Shown here: positions 40,359 to 50,928 of the stretch, piece after piece
Layout of the letters: each line of letters begins with the position of its first letter
Position numbering within the stretch: position 1 is the first letter of the stretch
Assembly (NCBI GenBank): GCA_014376805.1
Contig: JACMQU010000178.1
Coordinates: forward strand, 69,181 to 133,180
Reading direction: 5' to 3'
Source of the DNA: Bacteroidia bacterium
Lineage (GTDB): Bacteria > Bacteroidota > Bacteroidia > UKL13-3
DNA: 64,000 nt
Translations under genes and position numbers: made by a program
The notes under the pieces: model-generated
What the model was told of the DNA's origin: nothing
The model's input: the letters and a program-made list of their open reading frames with translations, nothing else
The model's database searches: none

Positions 40359-41459
40359 ATGAGAATACTGCTGATAGGTGAAATGAGTAATGTGCACTGG
40401 ACACTTGCGGAAGGGCTAAGAGAACTGAACCATAAGGTTACAGTGGCTTCTGATGGACAGGATTGGAAAAAATATAAAAGAGACACGGATTATCTTTCTA
40501 AAGGGAAAATGGGAATGATCCGTTTTTTCTTTAAATATATCTTCTCATCCAGTTACAGAAGTTTTGATGTAGTGCAGTTTATAAATACAAATCAGTTATT
40601 TATAAGTAATTATAAATTTTTCAATTATCCTTTATTTGTTTACACCTTTTTATTTAATAAAAAAGTTTTTTTAAGTGCTTATGGCGATGATTATTTTTGG
40701 GTACATGCATGCCAAACGAATAAATACCGGTACACACCTTTTGACAGTAAAAATTTTTCTGAACTTAAAAATGAACACCTGGATTATTCTCTTGCATTTT
40801 TAGATAAAAACAAACAAAGTGATAATACCCTTATGGCAAATCGGGCTAATGGAATTATAGCAGGTTTGTATGAGTATTATCATGCATACCAACATTCTTC
40901 TTTTGCTGCCAAAACAATTTTTATTCCGTTCCCCATCAATATGAATGATTTAACTTATATCCCTAATAAAATAGGTTCAGATAATAAAATGAAAATATTT
41001 ATAGGTGTGCAAAAGTTAAGATCTGCCTGGAAAGGTACGGATGTATTAAATAAAATAATTCAAGAATTTGCAGAAACACATAAGGAAGAAGTACAGGTAA
41101 TGATTGCAGAAAGTCTACCATATGCTAAATACGTTAAAATGTATCAGCAATGTAATATCGTTGTAGACCAGTTGTATTCTTATAGTCCGGCTATGAATGC
41201 TTTAGGGGCAATGGCTCAGGGAAAAATTTTAATGGGTGGAGGGGAGCCGGAGATGTATGCCTTATATGGTGAAACAGAAAATTTTCCTATCATAAATGTT
41301 ATTCCCGATAAAGATCAAATCTGGAAACAATTAGAATATTTGTTGAAGAATAAAAAGAATTTTGAAAGTATGGGTTTAAAAAGCAGAGCATTTGTAGAAA
41401 AGTATCACAATCATATTGATGTGGCTCAAAAATATGTATCTTTCTGGGAGAAAATGTAA
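40359..41459 (+). CDS. Glycosyltransferase (GT-B fold)
   Basis: MRILLIGE start, KGTD, DQLYSYSPAMNAL and SRAFVEKYH. Confidence 0.75.
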   Translation: MRILLIGEMSNVHWTLAEGLRELNHKVTVASDGQDWKKYKRDTDYLSKGKMGMIRFFFKYIFSSSYRSFDVVQFINTNQLFISNYKFFNYPLFVYTFLFNKKVFLSAYGDDYFWVHACQTNKYRYTPFDSKNFSELKNEHLDYSLAFLDKNKQSDNTLMANRANGIIAGLYEYYHAYQHSSFAAKTIFIPFPINMNDLTYIPNKIGSDNKMKIFIGVQKLRSAWKGTDVLNKIIQEFAETHKEEVQVMIAESLPYAKYVKMYQQCNIVVDQLYSYSPAMNALGAMAQGKILMGGGEPEMYALYGETENFPIINVIPDKDQIWKQLEYLLKNKKNFESMGLKSRAFVEKYHNHIDVAQKYVSFWEKM

Positions 41460-41594
41460 TGAGTAAAAAGGCATTCTGGGAAACGTGATTTACAGTTTCT
41501 ATAATTATTGATGGTTAGTTTTTTTTAATCGATTATAAAACTTATTTTTTTTACTTATTACTGGTTTGGTCAATTAATTTGTCACAAAAGATTT

Positions 41595-42437
41595 ATGATT
41601 AGTGTTTCAGTTATAATGGCGGTTTATAATGGCGAGGATTATCTTGCTACAGCCATTGAAAGTATCCTTAATCAAAGTTTCAGAGATTTTGAATTTATTA
41701 TTGCTAATGATGGTTCAAGTGATAATTCATTAAATATTCTTGAACACTATGCCAAAATTGATAACAGAATTGTTGTTATTAACAATAAGCTTAACATTGG
41801 TTTACCGGCTTCTTTAAACCATTTAATAACAATTGCCAAAGGAATGCTTATTGCCCGTATGGATCATGATGATATAGCAAAAAACAACAGGCTTGCGAGA
41901 GAAGTTGAAGAATTTGAATCTGATCCGTTGGTTGATTTTGTTTTTTCCGGTACAACTTTAATTGATCACAATTCGGAGACTATATGTGAAAGTTGGCGTC
42001 CGCCTCTGAAAAAAGTATTAGACTATTTGCCATATTGTAATTTTATTCCCCATCCAACTGTAATGATAAAAAAGGAACTTTTTATTAAAAATGGGTTTTA
42101 CAGAACAGATATTTACCCGAAAGATGATATGGAGTTATGGAACAGGTTTAAGAAGACAGGAGCAAAATTTAGTTATATCAGGCAAAGCTTATTGTATTAT
42201 AGAATTAATCCGAAAAGCTCGCAGCAAATTGGTGATGGATATGCAAATGAAATCTATTATCTGTATATAGCGCAAGTGGCGTTAGGCAATAATGCTGGTA
42301 TAAAAATTTTAAAAAAGTACCTGGTAAAACTTGATTACAAAAATAGTCTGATGCTCATATTAAAAAATCTTGTGCCATTTAGTTTATTTACCCGTTACTA
42401 TTTGTATAAACTTAAAAAAAATTTAAAGGATTTATAA
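41595..42437 (+). CDS. Glycosyltransferase family 2
   Basis: SVIMAVYN, NDGSSD, ARMDHDD and HPTVM. Confidence 0.9.
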   Translation: MISVSVIMAVYNGEDYLATAIESILNQSFRDFEFIIANDGSSDNSLNILEHYAKIDNRIVVINNKLNIGLPASLNHLITIAKGMLIARMDHDDIAKNNRLAREVEEFESDPLVDFVFSGTTLIDHNSETICESWRPPLKKVLDYLPYCNFIPHPTVMIKKELFIKNGFYRTDIYPKDDMELWNRFKKTGAKFSYIRQSLLYYRINPKSSQQIGDGYANEIYYLYIAQVALGNNAGIKILKKYLVKLDYKNSLMLILKNLVPFSLFTRYYLYKLKKNLKDL

Positions 42438-42479
42438 AGATTTCCTGACTTTAAAAAATGTGCATTATTATAAAAATTG

Positions 42480-43580
42480 TCATTGCTTAAGTATTGATTT
42501 ATAAACATGTTCCAGTTGTTGTATAAATGCTTTTATCGAATAATTTTCTGATTCCTTTAGAGCCTGCATACTTAATCTTTCTCTCAGTTCTGTATCATCC
42601 ATTAAACGAGTTATTAACCGAACAAAATCATCTTCATTTTTTGTATCCGCTAAAAATCCATAGGTATCTATTTTCATATTTCTATGGGCAGGAATATCAG
42701 ATGCAATAATTGGTATTCCGCAAGATATAAATTCAAGTATAGATAAAGGGGCACCTTCATATTTTGAAGCTGATACGGCAATTTGAGCTTTATTTAAAAA
42801 GAAATAGATATCATTAGTTTCGCCTGCAAAATTTATTTTATCAGACATATTCAGATTAATGGAGAGCTGTTTTAAATAGTTATACTCCTCACCCATGCCT
42901 ACAATGGTAAGCATCCATTCATTTTTAGATTGATGCTTACATATTCTTGCCCACATATTAATAATTAAATCTATCTGTTTTTCAGGTGCCAGCCTTCCTA
43001 AAACAATAATATTTTTGGGCCTGTTTGTTATAGGTAAAATGAGGGTGGGAGGCTTATCTGTTACATTTTTTATAACTACTATTCTTTCTTTTCTTATTCC
43101 GATAGAACTTGATAAAACTTCACTAACATATGGTGAGACCGCAATTACTTTTTTTCCTAGAAAACGAAATAACCAGTCCATAACTCTGTATAGAAGAAAT
43201 AACTTATTGCCTTTTGCAGGTTTTAAAGATCCTGACATTGTACTTAATCCAAAAGTTGAATGTAGGGTGGTAATTAAAGGTTTTTTTATTAAAATCGAGA
43301 CCATCCAAACCAACAGGGAGGCAAGACCAAAAGTATGATTATGCAGTACATCATAATGTTTAGCAATACGTGCAAAATTAATTATTCGACTAAAATTATT
43401 GCCATTAAGGTAATTAACAGGAACAGTGGCATTGTCGAAAATTGATGAGTTTTTTAATTTATTTGTTAAAAAAAGAATTTCTACCCGATGCCCTTTTTTT
43501 TGTAGTTCCTGTGTTGAGATATGTACTATTTTTTCAACCCCGCCGGTAGTGTTTGCTAATAGAATATACAGTATCTTCAT
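42480..43580 (-). CDS. Glycosyltransferase family 4 (opposite strand to the rest of the locus)
   Basis: GGVEK, GRLAPEK and SKYEGAPLSILEF (EX7E). Confidence 0.88.
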   Translation of the reverse strand: MKILYILLANTTGGVEKIVHISTQELQKKGHRVEILFLTNKLKNSSIFDNATVPVNYLNGNNFSRIINFARIAKHYDVLHNHTFGLASLLVWMVSILIKKPLITTLHSTFGLSTMSGSLKPAKGNKLFLLYRVMDWLFRFLGKKVIAVSPYVSEVLSSSIGIRKERIVVIKNVTDKPPTLILPITNRPKNIIVLGRLAPEKQIDLIINMWARICKHQSKNEWMLTIVGMGEEYNYLKQLSINLNMSDKINFAGETNDIYFFLNKAQIAVSASKYEGAPLSILEFISCGIPIIASDIPAHRNMKIDTYGFLADTKNEDDFVRLITRLMDDTELRERLSMQALKESENYSIKAFIQQLEHVYKSILKQ

Positions 43581-43588
43581 TAATTATT

Positions 43589-43620
43589 TAACTTTGAGAA
43601 TTAGTATGTGCTCAAATATA
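43589..43620. promoter_or_regulatory. Face-to-face -7 boxes for wzy (+) and the reversed GT4 (-)
   Basis: TAACTTTG on + at 43589-43596 and TATATTTG on - at 43613-43620. Confidence 0.4.
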
Positions 43621-43751
43621 CCACTCAGATAAACAAATTTTTCAGAATGATTATCTGCTGCCAATAATAATCAGATCCTTTTATTTAAAAAATTTGTAAT
43701 TGATAGAAATTTGTGCATTTTTGAGAATTATGCCCTATTATAGCATATACC

Positions 43752-45038
43752 ATGAGGGTCATATTAATTTTTCTGGTTTTTTTTTATATGTATACCCCCG
43801 ATCTTCAATTTCTACCATTGTCTATAAGGGTATTAACAGGCTTGCTGGGTTTAAGCTTATATTTTATTGACATTGTAGGGAATGCATTTAAAACAGGGCA
43901 GGATACTTTTTTTAATAAAAATATTTTATCGTTTTGGCTTTGCTTGTTTTTGAGCATTCTTTATTGTTATGGTAGCTATTTTTATAATCTTTCAACTGAT
44001 CTGCCTTATATAACTTCCCTGTTTATAAGGTTTGCTATCCTTTTTGGATCAGCTTATTTTATTGTCAGACTCATTCGCATTAGCAAAATTGAATTTAATA
44101 TTTATCATATACTTAATACAATTATAACAGTTACATTTATTCAATGTGTAATTGCGTTGCTGTTATTTGTAAGTCCTGAAGTTAAAAGTGTTTTTGATTC
44201 TATCCAAAAAACAGCACGTAATCCACTACTTCTGGCATTAATGACAAAAGATATTGGTTCATACAGGATACTGGGATTTGGAACTGAATTTTTTGGTGCT
44301 GCTATAGAATCCAGCTTTAGTCTTATAAGTATCATTGCTATTGTAAGAAGCCAACATGAACTAAAGGGGATGAAGATAATAAGATATGGTTTTACATTTT
44401 TATTTATAGCTTTTGTTGGTATTCTTATGTCGAGAACAACTTTTATTGGCATTTTAATAAGTTTGATATTTTTGCATTTACCTAATCAAAAAAACATTGC
44501 CCGATCAAAGTTTTTACGCTTTATCTATTTAATTTTACTGTTAATGGTTTTTAGTATTCCTTATATTATAAGTAATGCAAAATACCAGCGCACATTTACA
44601 TTCGCATTTGAAGCATTCATTAACTATAAGGATGCAGGAACCCTCAGCACACAATCAAGTGATGCGCTTAAAGAATCTTATTATTGGCCCCAATCTGTTA
44701 AGACATATATAATAGGTGATGGTTATATGAGTGATCCTGCTCATCCCGAGTATTATTATATGGCAACTGATGTTGGATTTTTAAGACTTATTTATTTTGG
44801 AGGTATTGGATATTTATTAATCTGGTTTTCCGGAACTATTGCTATATGCAAGGTCGTATATAATAAGATTGGTAAAGAATCCTGGTTTTTTTTATATTCA
44901 ATAGTTTTGGTAACTTATTTATTGATAGTAAATTTAAAGGGTCTGGCAGATTTTTATAACCAGCTTTTACTGGTATTTATGGTTGCTGTAACCAGTAGTG
45001 CGAAGTTGGATTTAATAATTGAAGAAAAGTCTGCTTAA
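43752..45038 (+). CDS. Putative O-antigen polymerase (Wzy)
   Basis: About 11 TM segments, SRTTF, IIGDG and ATDVGFLRLIYFGGI. Sits inside the polysaccharide locus. Confidence 0.7.
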   Translation: MRVILIFLVFFYMYTPDLQFLPLSIRVLTGLLGLSLYFIDIVGNAFKTGQDTFFNKNILSFWLCLFLSILYCYGSYFYNLSTDLPYITSLFIRFAILFGSAYFIVRLIRISKIEFNIYHILNTIITVTFIQCVIALLLFVSPEVKSVFDSIQKTARNPLLLALMTKDIGSYRILGFGTEFFGAAIESSFSLISIIAIVRSQHELKGMKIIRYGFTFLFIAFVGILMSRTTFIGILISLIFLHLPNQKNIARSKFLRFIYLILLLMVFSIPYIISNAKYQRTFTFAFEAFINYKDAGTLSTQSSDALKESYYWPQSVKTYIIGDGYMSDPAHPEYYYMATDVGFLRLIYFGGIGYLLIWFSGTIAICKVVYNKIGKESWFFLYSIVLVTYLLIVNLKGLADFYNQLLLVFMVAVTSSAKLDLIIEEKSA

Positions 45039-46117
45039 TGATTAAAGAAGAGTTGGTATCTGTGCTTATTCCGTGTTATAATGCAGCACTTTATGTTGAG
45101 GCGGCTTTAGATTCTGTACTTTCGCAAACCTACCGAAACCTTGAGATCATTTTAATTGATGATGGTTCAACAGACAATACCTATGATAAACTAAATAAAA
45201 TAGCCTTAACAGATAAGCGGATAATACTGGTGAGAAATGAAAAAAATCTTGGCCTGATTAAATCTCTTAATAAAGGAATCGATATGGTTACCGGCCTGTA
45301 TATTGAACGGTTTGATGCGGATGATCTGATCTCTTCCAATCGAATCGAAAATCAGATTCTGGTGCTTACAACTCACCCTGAAATTTCGTTGCTTACTTCC
45401 TACGCAACTTACATTACACCTTCGGGAAAGTTTCATAGCCGGTCATCGTCATTTTATTGCACACGTACCCTGTCAGCAAAGTTTTTAACACTATTTGAAA
45501 CACCCCTGTTACATGCAGGTATGTTGATTAAAACAGAATTGTTAAAAGAACTCAGGTATGATGAAACGGAGGGGTCAAAGCACATTGAAGACTATGATCT
45601 TTTTACCAGGATTTTATTCAGGGATTTGCATATTTATGTAGATGCTTCAAGAAAGGGAATGTATTTTTACCGACGCAACTCTTTAAGTGTATCGGGTAGG
45701 AATAAGTTATTACAATTTGAAAATGCCGTACACAAATCTGAACTTAATATTAAAGAACTCCTGCATTATAATATTCCTGTTGAACTACTTCGGGTTATTA
45801 AATTAAATGAACCTGATAAGTGGCATAGTATGGTACTTTTGCGCTCAATAAAAGAATTGAAATATATTAAACTGTTGTATTGTAATAACCAAAAAAACAA
45901 ACTTAAGATTAAGGATTTCCGGCAAATAAATATATGGGTAGCTCAACGCCGTTTAAGGATGATTGCAATGGCTTTAATTAAAGGAACTTTTACTACCCGA
46001 TTGGCTGCCATATTTATTTTTATACTCAATATAGATATGCTGTTTTATGCCGAAACTTATAAAAGTATATTTGATAAAACAGTATGGTTTTTTAACAGTT
46101 TAAAGTATAAAAATTAA
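45038..46117 (+). CDS. Glycosyltransferase family 2
   Basis: VSVLIPCYN, DDGSTD, FDADD and EDYDL. Confidence 0.9.
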   Translation: MIKEELVSVLIPCYNAALYVEAALDSVLSQTYRNLEIILIDDGSTDNTYDKLNKIALTDKRIILVRNEKNLGLIKSLNKGIDMVTGLYIERFDADDLISSNRIENQILVLTTHPEISLLTSYATYITPSGKFHSRSSSFYCTRTLSAKFLTLFETPLLHAGMLIKTELLKELRYDETEGSKHIEDYDLFTRILFRDLHIYVDASRKGMYFYRRNSLSVSGRNKLLQFENAVHKSELNIKELLHYNIPVELLRVIKLNEPDKWHSMVLLRSIKELKYIKLLYCNNQKNKLKIKDFRQINIWVAQRRLRMIAMALIKGTFTTRLAAIFIFILNIDMLFYAETYKSIFDKTVWFFNSLKYKN

Positions 46118-46139
46118 AAATTAAAATAAATAAGATAGA

Positions 46140-47234
46140 ATGATAAAGATACTCATTATAAATTCTACTTTGGAACAGTCGGGAATAACAAATGTTATTT
46201 ACAATCTTTGCAAATACCTTAACCGGGAAATATTTGAGGTGCATATTCTTACTTTATCAGCAGAAAGTAGTAATACAAGGTGGAACGAATTCATTCAATT
46301 GAAAGTAAACCTGCACACCTTAAATTTAAACAGGTTTGAAGGACTTTTTATGCTAAAGAAGAAACTCAGAAAAGCAGTTGCCATTATTAATCCGGATGTT
46401 ATACAGACCATGAGTTACAGAGGCTCCTACTATTCATTTAGATTTTTGGAGAAATACAAAAAAGCAGTAACACTTCAGGGTAATATTTATGATAATTATA
46501 CCGATGAATATGGTAAACTAATAGGTGGCTTTTTTGCGTTTAACGAATGGCGTGCCTTTAATAAAGCAAACCTGCAAATACTTTGTTCAAATTCTTTAAA
46601 AAAATTTTATTCCCAAAATAGAGATCTTAAAGTTATTCAAAATGGTGCCGACGGTGCGTATTTTTATGTGCCTCTATTACTAGAAAAGAAAACCTTAAGA
46701 ATAAATTTAAAATTGCCAGCTTCTAAAAATATATTTATAACTGTTGGATCACTCAATAAAAGAAAAGATCCGCTAACAATTATAAAAGCTTTTATTAATT
46801 CAAACAGAACGTCAGATTCCATATTAATAATTGTTGGCGAAGGGCCTTTAATGAAAACGTGTGTGAAGAATGTGCAACACTCGCCTCAGGTTATTTTTAC
46901 CGGTAATGTAAAAATCGTACCTGACTATTATAAAGCTGCCGATGTTTTTATTTCTGCCTCTTATTCTGAAGGTCTGCCAAATACTGTTTTAGAGGCGGGA
47001 TTATGTGGCATCAAATGTTTTCTCTCCGATATTCCCCAGCATAGAGAAATTTTTGATACAACTAGTGATCAGGCAACATTTTTTGAAAAAGGTAAAGTAG
47101 AGCAACTCATTACCCTTTTTAATTCTTTCCAGGTTCAGTCTTATCCTCAGTCAATAAAATTGAACGCGAAAATGATGGCTGACCAATACGGTGAATCATA
47201 CGCAGCCCTTATTCAACCTAAAGTTATTAGATAA
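46140..47234 (+). CDS. Glycosyltransferase family 4
   Basis: VGSLNKRK, SYSEGLPNTVLEA and SDIPQHRE. Confidence 0.88.
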   Translation: MIKILIINSTLEQSGITNVIYNLCKYLNREIFEVHILTLSAESSNTRWNEFIQLKVNLHTLNLNRFEGLFMLKKKLRKAVAIINPDVIQTMSYRGSYYSFRFLEKYKKAVTLQGNIYDNYTDEYGKLIGGFFAFNEWRAFNKANLQILCSNSLKKFYSQNRDLKVIQNGADGAYFYVPLLLEKKTLRINLKLPASKNIFITVGSLNKRKDPLTIIKAFINSNRTSDSILIIVGEGPLMKTCVKNVQHSPQVIFTGNVKIVPDYYKAADVFISASYSEGLPNTVLEAGLCGIKCFLSDIPQHREIFDTTSDQATFFEKGKVEQLITLFNSFQVQSYPQSIKLNAKMMADQYGESYAALIQPKVIR

Positions 47235-47447
47235 TAATTGAATACGGAATAAAGGTGAATAAAAATTGAATCTTTAAACTTACCGGAAGAAGTGTGGGAG
47301 CGGATAAAATATTGTATTATCGCTTTAATTTATTAAGAAAAAAGAAACCCGGAACCAGGAGAGAAGGGGGTAATGGTTTTATAAAGTTATTTTATAACAA
47401 AATAAAATCCATTGGGGCGCAACAGGTGAAAATGTAAGTAAACTTAA

Positions 47448-48263
47448 ATGCTTGAAAAAATAAAAATATCAGCCTCAATTGTGCTTTATAACACCCCTGA
47501 TGAGGCATTAAGAAAAGCTGTTCAATGGTTTTTGAATGCACCCTTTAAAGTAAAACTTTTTTTAATAGATAACTCTCCGGTGCGCAAAGAATCAACATTA
47601 TTGGATCATCCGGATATCGTTTATATTTTCAATAACAGTAATATGGGTTATGGTAAAGCACATAATATTGCTCTAAAAAAAGTTGTTGCAGAAAGCGATT
47701 ATCATATGGTGCTCAACCCCGATATTGAAATGACAAATGAAACTTTAGAAGCCTGTATAGTCTATATGTATCAAAATGTTAATATAGGTTTGCTCATGCC
47801 TAAGGTATTGTACCCTGACGGACAATTACAATATCTTTGTAAAATGATGCCCACGCCTTTTGACCTTATCATGCGAAGATTTATACCCGGATTTTTGAAG
47901 CCTGTTTTTCAGAAACGAATGGATGCATATGAACTGAAACACAAGAATTTTAATGAAACTATGGAGATTCCTAATCTTTCCGGCTGCTTTATGTTACTGC
48001 GATGTGAGGCCATTAAAACAGTTGGTTTTTTTGATGAAAACTTTTTTATGTACCTGGAAGATACCGACCTCAGTCGCCGGATAAACAGCCAGTATCAGAC
48101 AATCTATTATCCTAAAGTTTCAATTATCCATCATTATGAAAAGGGTTCCTATAAAAATTATAAATTGCTGCTGTATCATATTCGTTCCGCATTCTATTAT
48201 TTCAGCAAATGGGGATGGTTACTTGATTCATCCAGAAATACCATTAACAGATTATTAAAATAA
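47448..48263 (+). CDS. Glycosyltransferase family 2 (WbbL/rhamnosyltransferase-like)
   Basis: NMGYGKAHN, LNPD, SGCFM and FDENFFMYLEDTDLSRR. Confidence 0.85.
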   Translation: MLEKIKISASIVLYNTPDEALRKAVQWFLNAPFKVKLFLIDNSPVRKESTLLDHPDIVYIFNNSNMGYGKAHNIALKKVVAESDYHMVLNPDIEMTNETLEACIVYMYQNVNIGLLMPKVLYPDGQLQYLCKMMPTPFDLIMRRFIPGFLKPVFQKRMDAYELKHKNFNETMEIPNLSGCFMLLRCEAIKTVGFFDENFFMYLEDTDLSRRINSQYQTIYYPKVSIIHHYEKGSYKNYKLLLYHIRSAFYYFSKWGWLLDSSRNTINRLLK

Positions 48264-48268
48264 TTTAT

Positions 48269-49018
48269 TTGAAAGTATCTATTATTACTACAGTTCTGTC
48301 TAACAGAAAATGCCTTAGCGATGCAATGGAATCTGTACTTAATCAGGTGCATGATGATATAGAATATATTATAGTAGATGGTGGATCTACTGATGGTACT
48401 GTAGAACTAATAAGGTCGTATGGCAATAAAGTAACAAAGTTTTTAACAGAGCCTGATGAGGGCATGTATGATGCCTTAAATAAAGGTATTCAAATGGCCA
48501 CGGGTGACATTATAGCCATTATTAATTCTGATGATTTTTATGTGAACCGACATGTTATTTCACAGGTTGTTCATGCCTTCGAAGAACATAAATGTGATGC
48601 TGTTTATTCTAATCTGTATTATATAAGTAATACAGATAAAGAAAAAATTATACGCACCTGGGATGCGGGCAGGTATCATTATGATAGTTTTTATAAAGGG
48701 TGGATGCCTCCTCATCCGGCATTTTTTGTAAAGCGTGAAGTGTACCAGAAATATGGTTCATTTAATACCCGGTTAAAGCTTTCAGCAGATTATGAATTAA
48801 TGCTTCGATTTATTTTAAAACATAAAATAAAAATTTATTACCTGCCAAAATTTTTTATAAAAATGAGAGTAGGAGGAAACAGTAACCGAAATTTAACTAA
48901 CAGATTAAAAGCTAATATGGAAGACAGGGAAGCCTGGAAAATAAATAAAATAAAACCAGGATTCTTTACCTTGTTATTAAAGCCATTTTCTAAAATATTC
49001 CAATATAGAATGAATTAA
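48269..49018 (+). CDS. Glycosyltransferase family 2 (WcaE/WfgS-like)
   Basis: DGGSTDGT, EPDEGMYDALNKG, NSDD, PPHP and ADYELMLR. TTG start. Confidence 0.88.
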   Translation: MKVSIITTVLSNRKCLSDAMESVLNQVHDDIEYIIVDGGSTDGTVELIRSYGNKVTKFLTEPDEGMYDALNKGIQMATGDIIAIINSDDFYVNRHVISQVVHAFEEHKCDAVYSNLYYISNTDKEKIIRTWDAGRYHYDSFYKGWMPPHPAFFVKREVYQKYGSFNTRLKLSADYELMLRFILKHKIKIYYLPKFFIKMRVGGNSNRNLTNRLKANMEDREAWKINKIKPGFFTLLLKPFSKIFQYRMN

Positions 49019-49148
49019 CTTTACTCTGAAGAAGTGTTAGCTGATATGGTAAGAATATACTATTATTGACTATAAACATGGCTTAATTCTTAAATTGTTA
49101 ATTGGTTGTTTTTGTATATTTTTGATGAATTAACTCCTTGTATTTAGT

Positions 49149-49571
49149 ATGACAGATATACATTCTAACAAAGCACCTGAGCCTGTGGGTCATTATCCTC
49201 ATGCTAAAAAGGTAGGTAACTTATTGTTTTTATCAGGGGTAGGGCCACGCGAGCGCAACACCAAAAAAATACCGGGAGTAGAGCTGGATGCGTTGGGTAA
49301 AATTATTTCTTATGATATAGCCGAACAATGTCACTCCGTTTTTAAAAATATCAGAATGATACTTGAAGATGCAGGGAGTAGTTGGGATCAAATTATAGAT
49401 GTAACTGTTTTTTTAACTAATATGAAAGATGATTTTTCAATTTATAATAAGTTGTGGGCCGAATACTTTAATGAAAATCCACCGTGCCGCACCACCATTG
49501 AAATTAATTGTTTGCCAACCCCAATTGCTATTGAATTAAAAGTAATGGCAACTGTTAACACAGCAAAATAA
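49149..49571 (+). CDS. RidA/YjgF-family deaminase (possibly 2-aminomuconate deaminase-like)
   Basis: APEPVGHYPHA, LFLSG, PCRTT (conserved Arg) and IELK. A TATTTTTG box lies at 49117-49124. Confidence 0.85.
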   Translation: MTDIHSNKAPEPVGHYPHAKKVGNLLFLSGVGPRERNTKKIPGVELDALGKIISYDIAEQCHSVFKNIRMILEDAGSSWDQIIDVTVFLTNMKDDFSIYNKLWAEYFNENPPCRTTIEINCLPTPIAIELKVMATVNTAK

Positions 49572-49677
49572 ATTTTGCTTTTGCATTCTTGTTTTAACAC
49601 GTTTTTTCCTAATCTATAATTTCCTTTTATTTTACAGGTAAAAAGCTGTACTTTGTTTAAAATTTATATTTCTAATT

Positions 49678-50919
49678 TTGACATTTGATGAATTTTATTT
49701 TGATCCGTTACTGTTAGACGGACTAGATGCAATGGGGTTTACGAAGGCCACCCCGATACAGGAAATGGCAATCCCGGTTATTCTTGATAACAAAGATTTA
49801 ATTGCATGCGCACAAACGGGTACAGGTAAAACTGCTGCTTATGTTTTGCCTATTTTAAATAAAATTGTAGAGTCAGATCATAGCCATTTAAATACGCTGA
49901 TTCTGGTACCTACCAGAGAACTAGCGCAACAAATAGATCAGCAACTTGAAGGTTTTAGCTATTATATTCCAGTGAGTTCAATTCCAATTTATGGTGGTGG
50001 AGATGGTGCAACCTGGGATCAGCAAAAAAAAGCATTACACACAGGTGCAGATATTATTGTAGCAACGCCGGGCCGTTTAATTTCACACCTTGCTTCGGGC
50101 GATATAAAGTTTGATAAGCTGGAGCATTTAATTTTAGATGAAGCAGACAGAATGCTGGATATGGGCTTTTATGATGATATCATTAAAATTATAAGCTACC
50201 TGCCCAAAGAACGCCAAACGCTTATGTTTTCGGCTACTATGCCTCCTAAAATTCGTACCCTGGCCAATAAAATTTTGTTTAAACCCGAGCAGATCAGCAT
50301 TTCTTTATCTAAGCCTGCTGAGGGTATTTTGCAGCAGGCCTATTTAACATACGATGCTCAAAAACTTCCTTTAATCTCTTCTATTTTTACAGGTAAAACA
50401 TATAATACAGTCATCATTTTTGCAGGAACCAAAGAGAAAGTTAAGAGCTTGCAATTTGAATTAAAACGCATTGGCTTAAAAGCTAAATCGTTTCATTCTG
50501 ATCTTGAACAAAAAGAACGTGAAGAGATCATGAATGAGTTTAAAAATAAAAAATTACAGATCATTATAGGTACAGATATTTTGTCGCGGGGTATTGATGT
50601 GGAAGGCGTTGATCTTGTCTTAAATTTTGATGTTCCACCCGATCCGGAAGATTATATACACCGCATTGGAAGAACCGCAAGGGCCGAAAATACTGGCACT
50701 GCCATTACCTTTATCAATGAAAAAGACCAGCGACGGTTTCATGCCATTGAAACATTGATAGAACGTACTATTGAAAAGTTACCATTACCTGAAAGCCTAG
50801 GTGCAGCGCCTTTGTATCAGCCCGAGAAAAAATCAGACAGGCCTTTTTTCAAGAAAAGACCTGCTGGTGACAGACCTCGCCCGCAGGGAAGGCCGGGTTT
50901 GTATAATAAGAAAAGTTAA
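49678..50919 (+). CDS. DEAD-box RNA helicase
   Basis: AQTGTGKT, PTRELA, DEADRMLDMGF, SAT and HRIGRTAR. TTG start. Confidence 0.95.
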   Translation: MTFDEFYFDPLLLDGLDAMGFTKATPIQEMAIPVILDNKDLIACAQTGTGKTAAYVLPILNKIVESDHSHLNTLILVPTRELAQQIDQQLEGFSYYIPVSSIPIYGGGDGATWDQQKKALHTGADIIVATPGRLISHLASGDIKFDKLEHLILDEADRMLDMGFYDDIIKIISYLPKERQTLMFSATMPPKIRTLANKILFKPEQISISLSKPAEGILQQAYLTYDAQKLPLISSIFTGKTYNTVIIFAGTKEKVKSLQFELKRIGLKAKSFHSDLEQKEREEIMNEFKNKKLQIIIGTDILSRGIDVEGVDLVLNFDVPPDPEDYIHRIGRTARAENTGTAITFINEKDQRRFHAIETLIERTIEKLPLPESLGAAPLYQPEKKSDRPFFKKRPAGDRPRPQGRPGLYNKKS

Positions 50920-50928
50920 AGAAGGCTT

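Noticed and set aside
42438..43751. Recombinase-driven invertible segment around the reversed GT4
   Set aside because: No convincing inverted repeats flank the gene (only a short direct TGTGCATT) and there is no invertase in the window.
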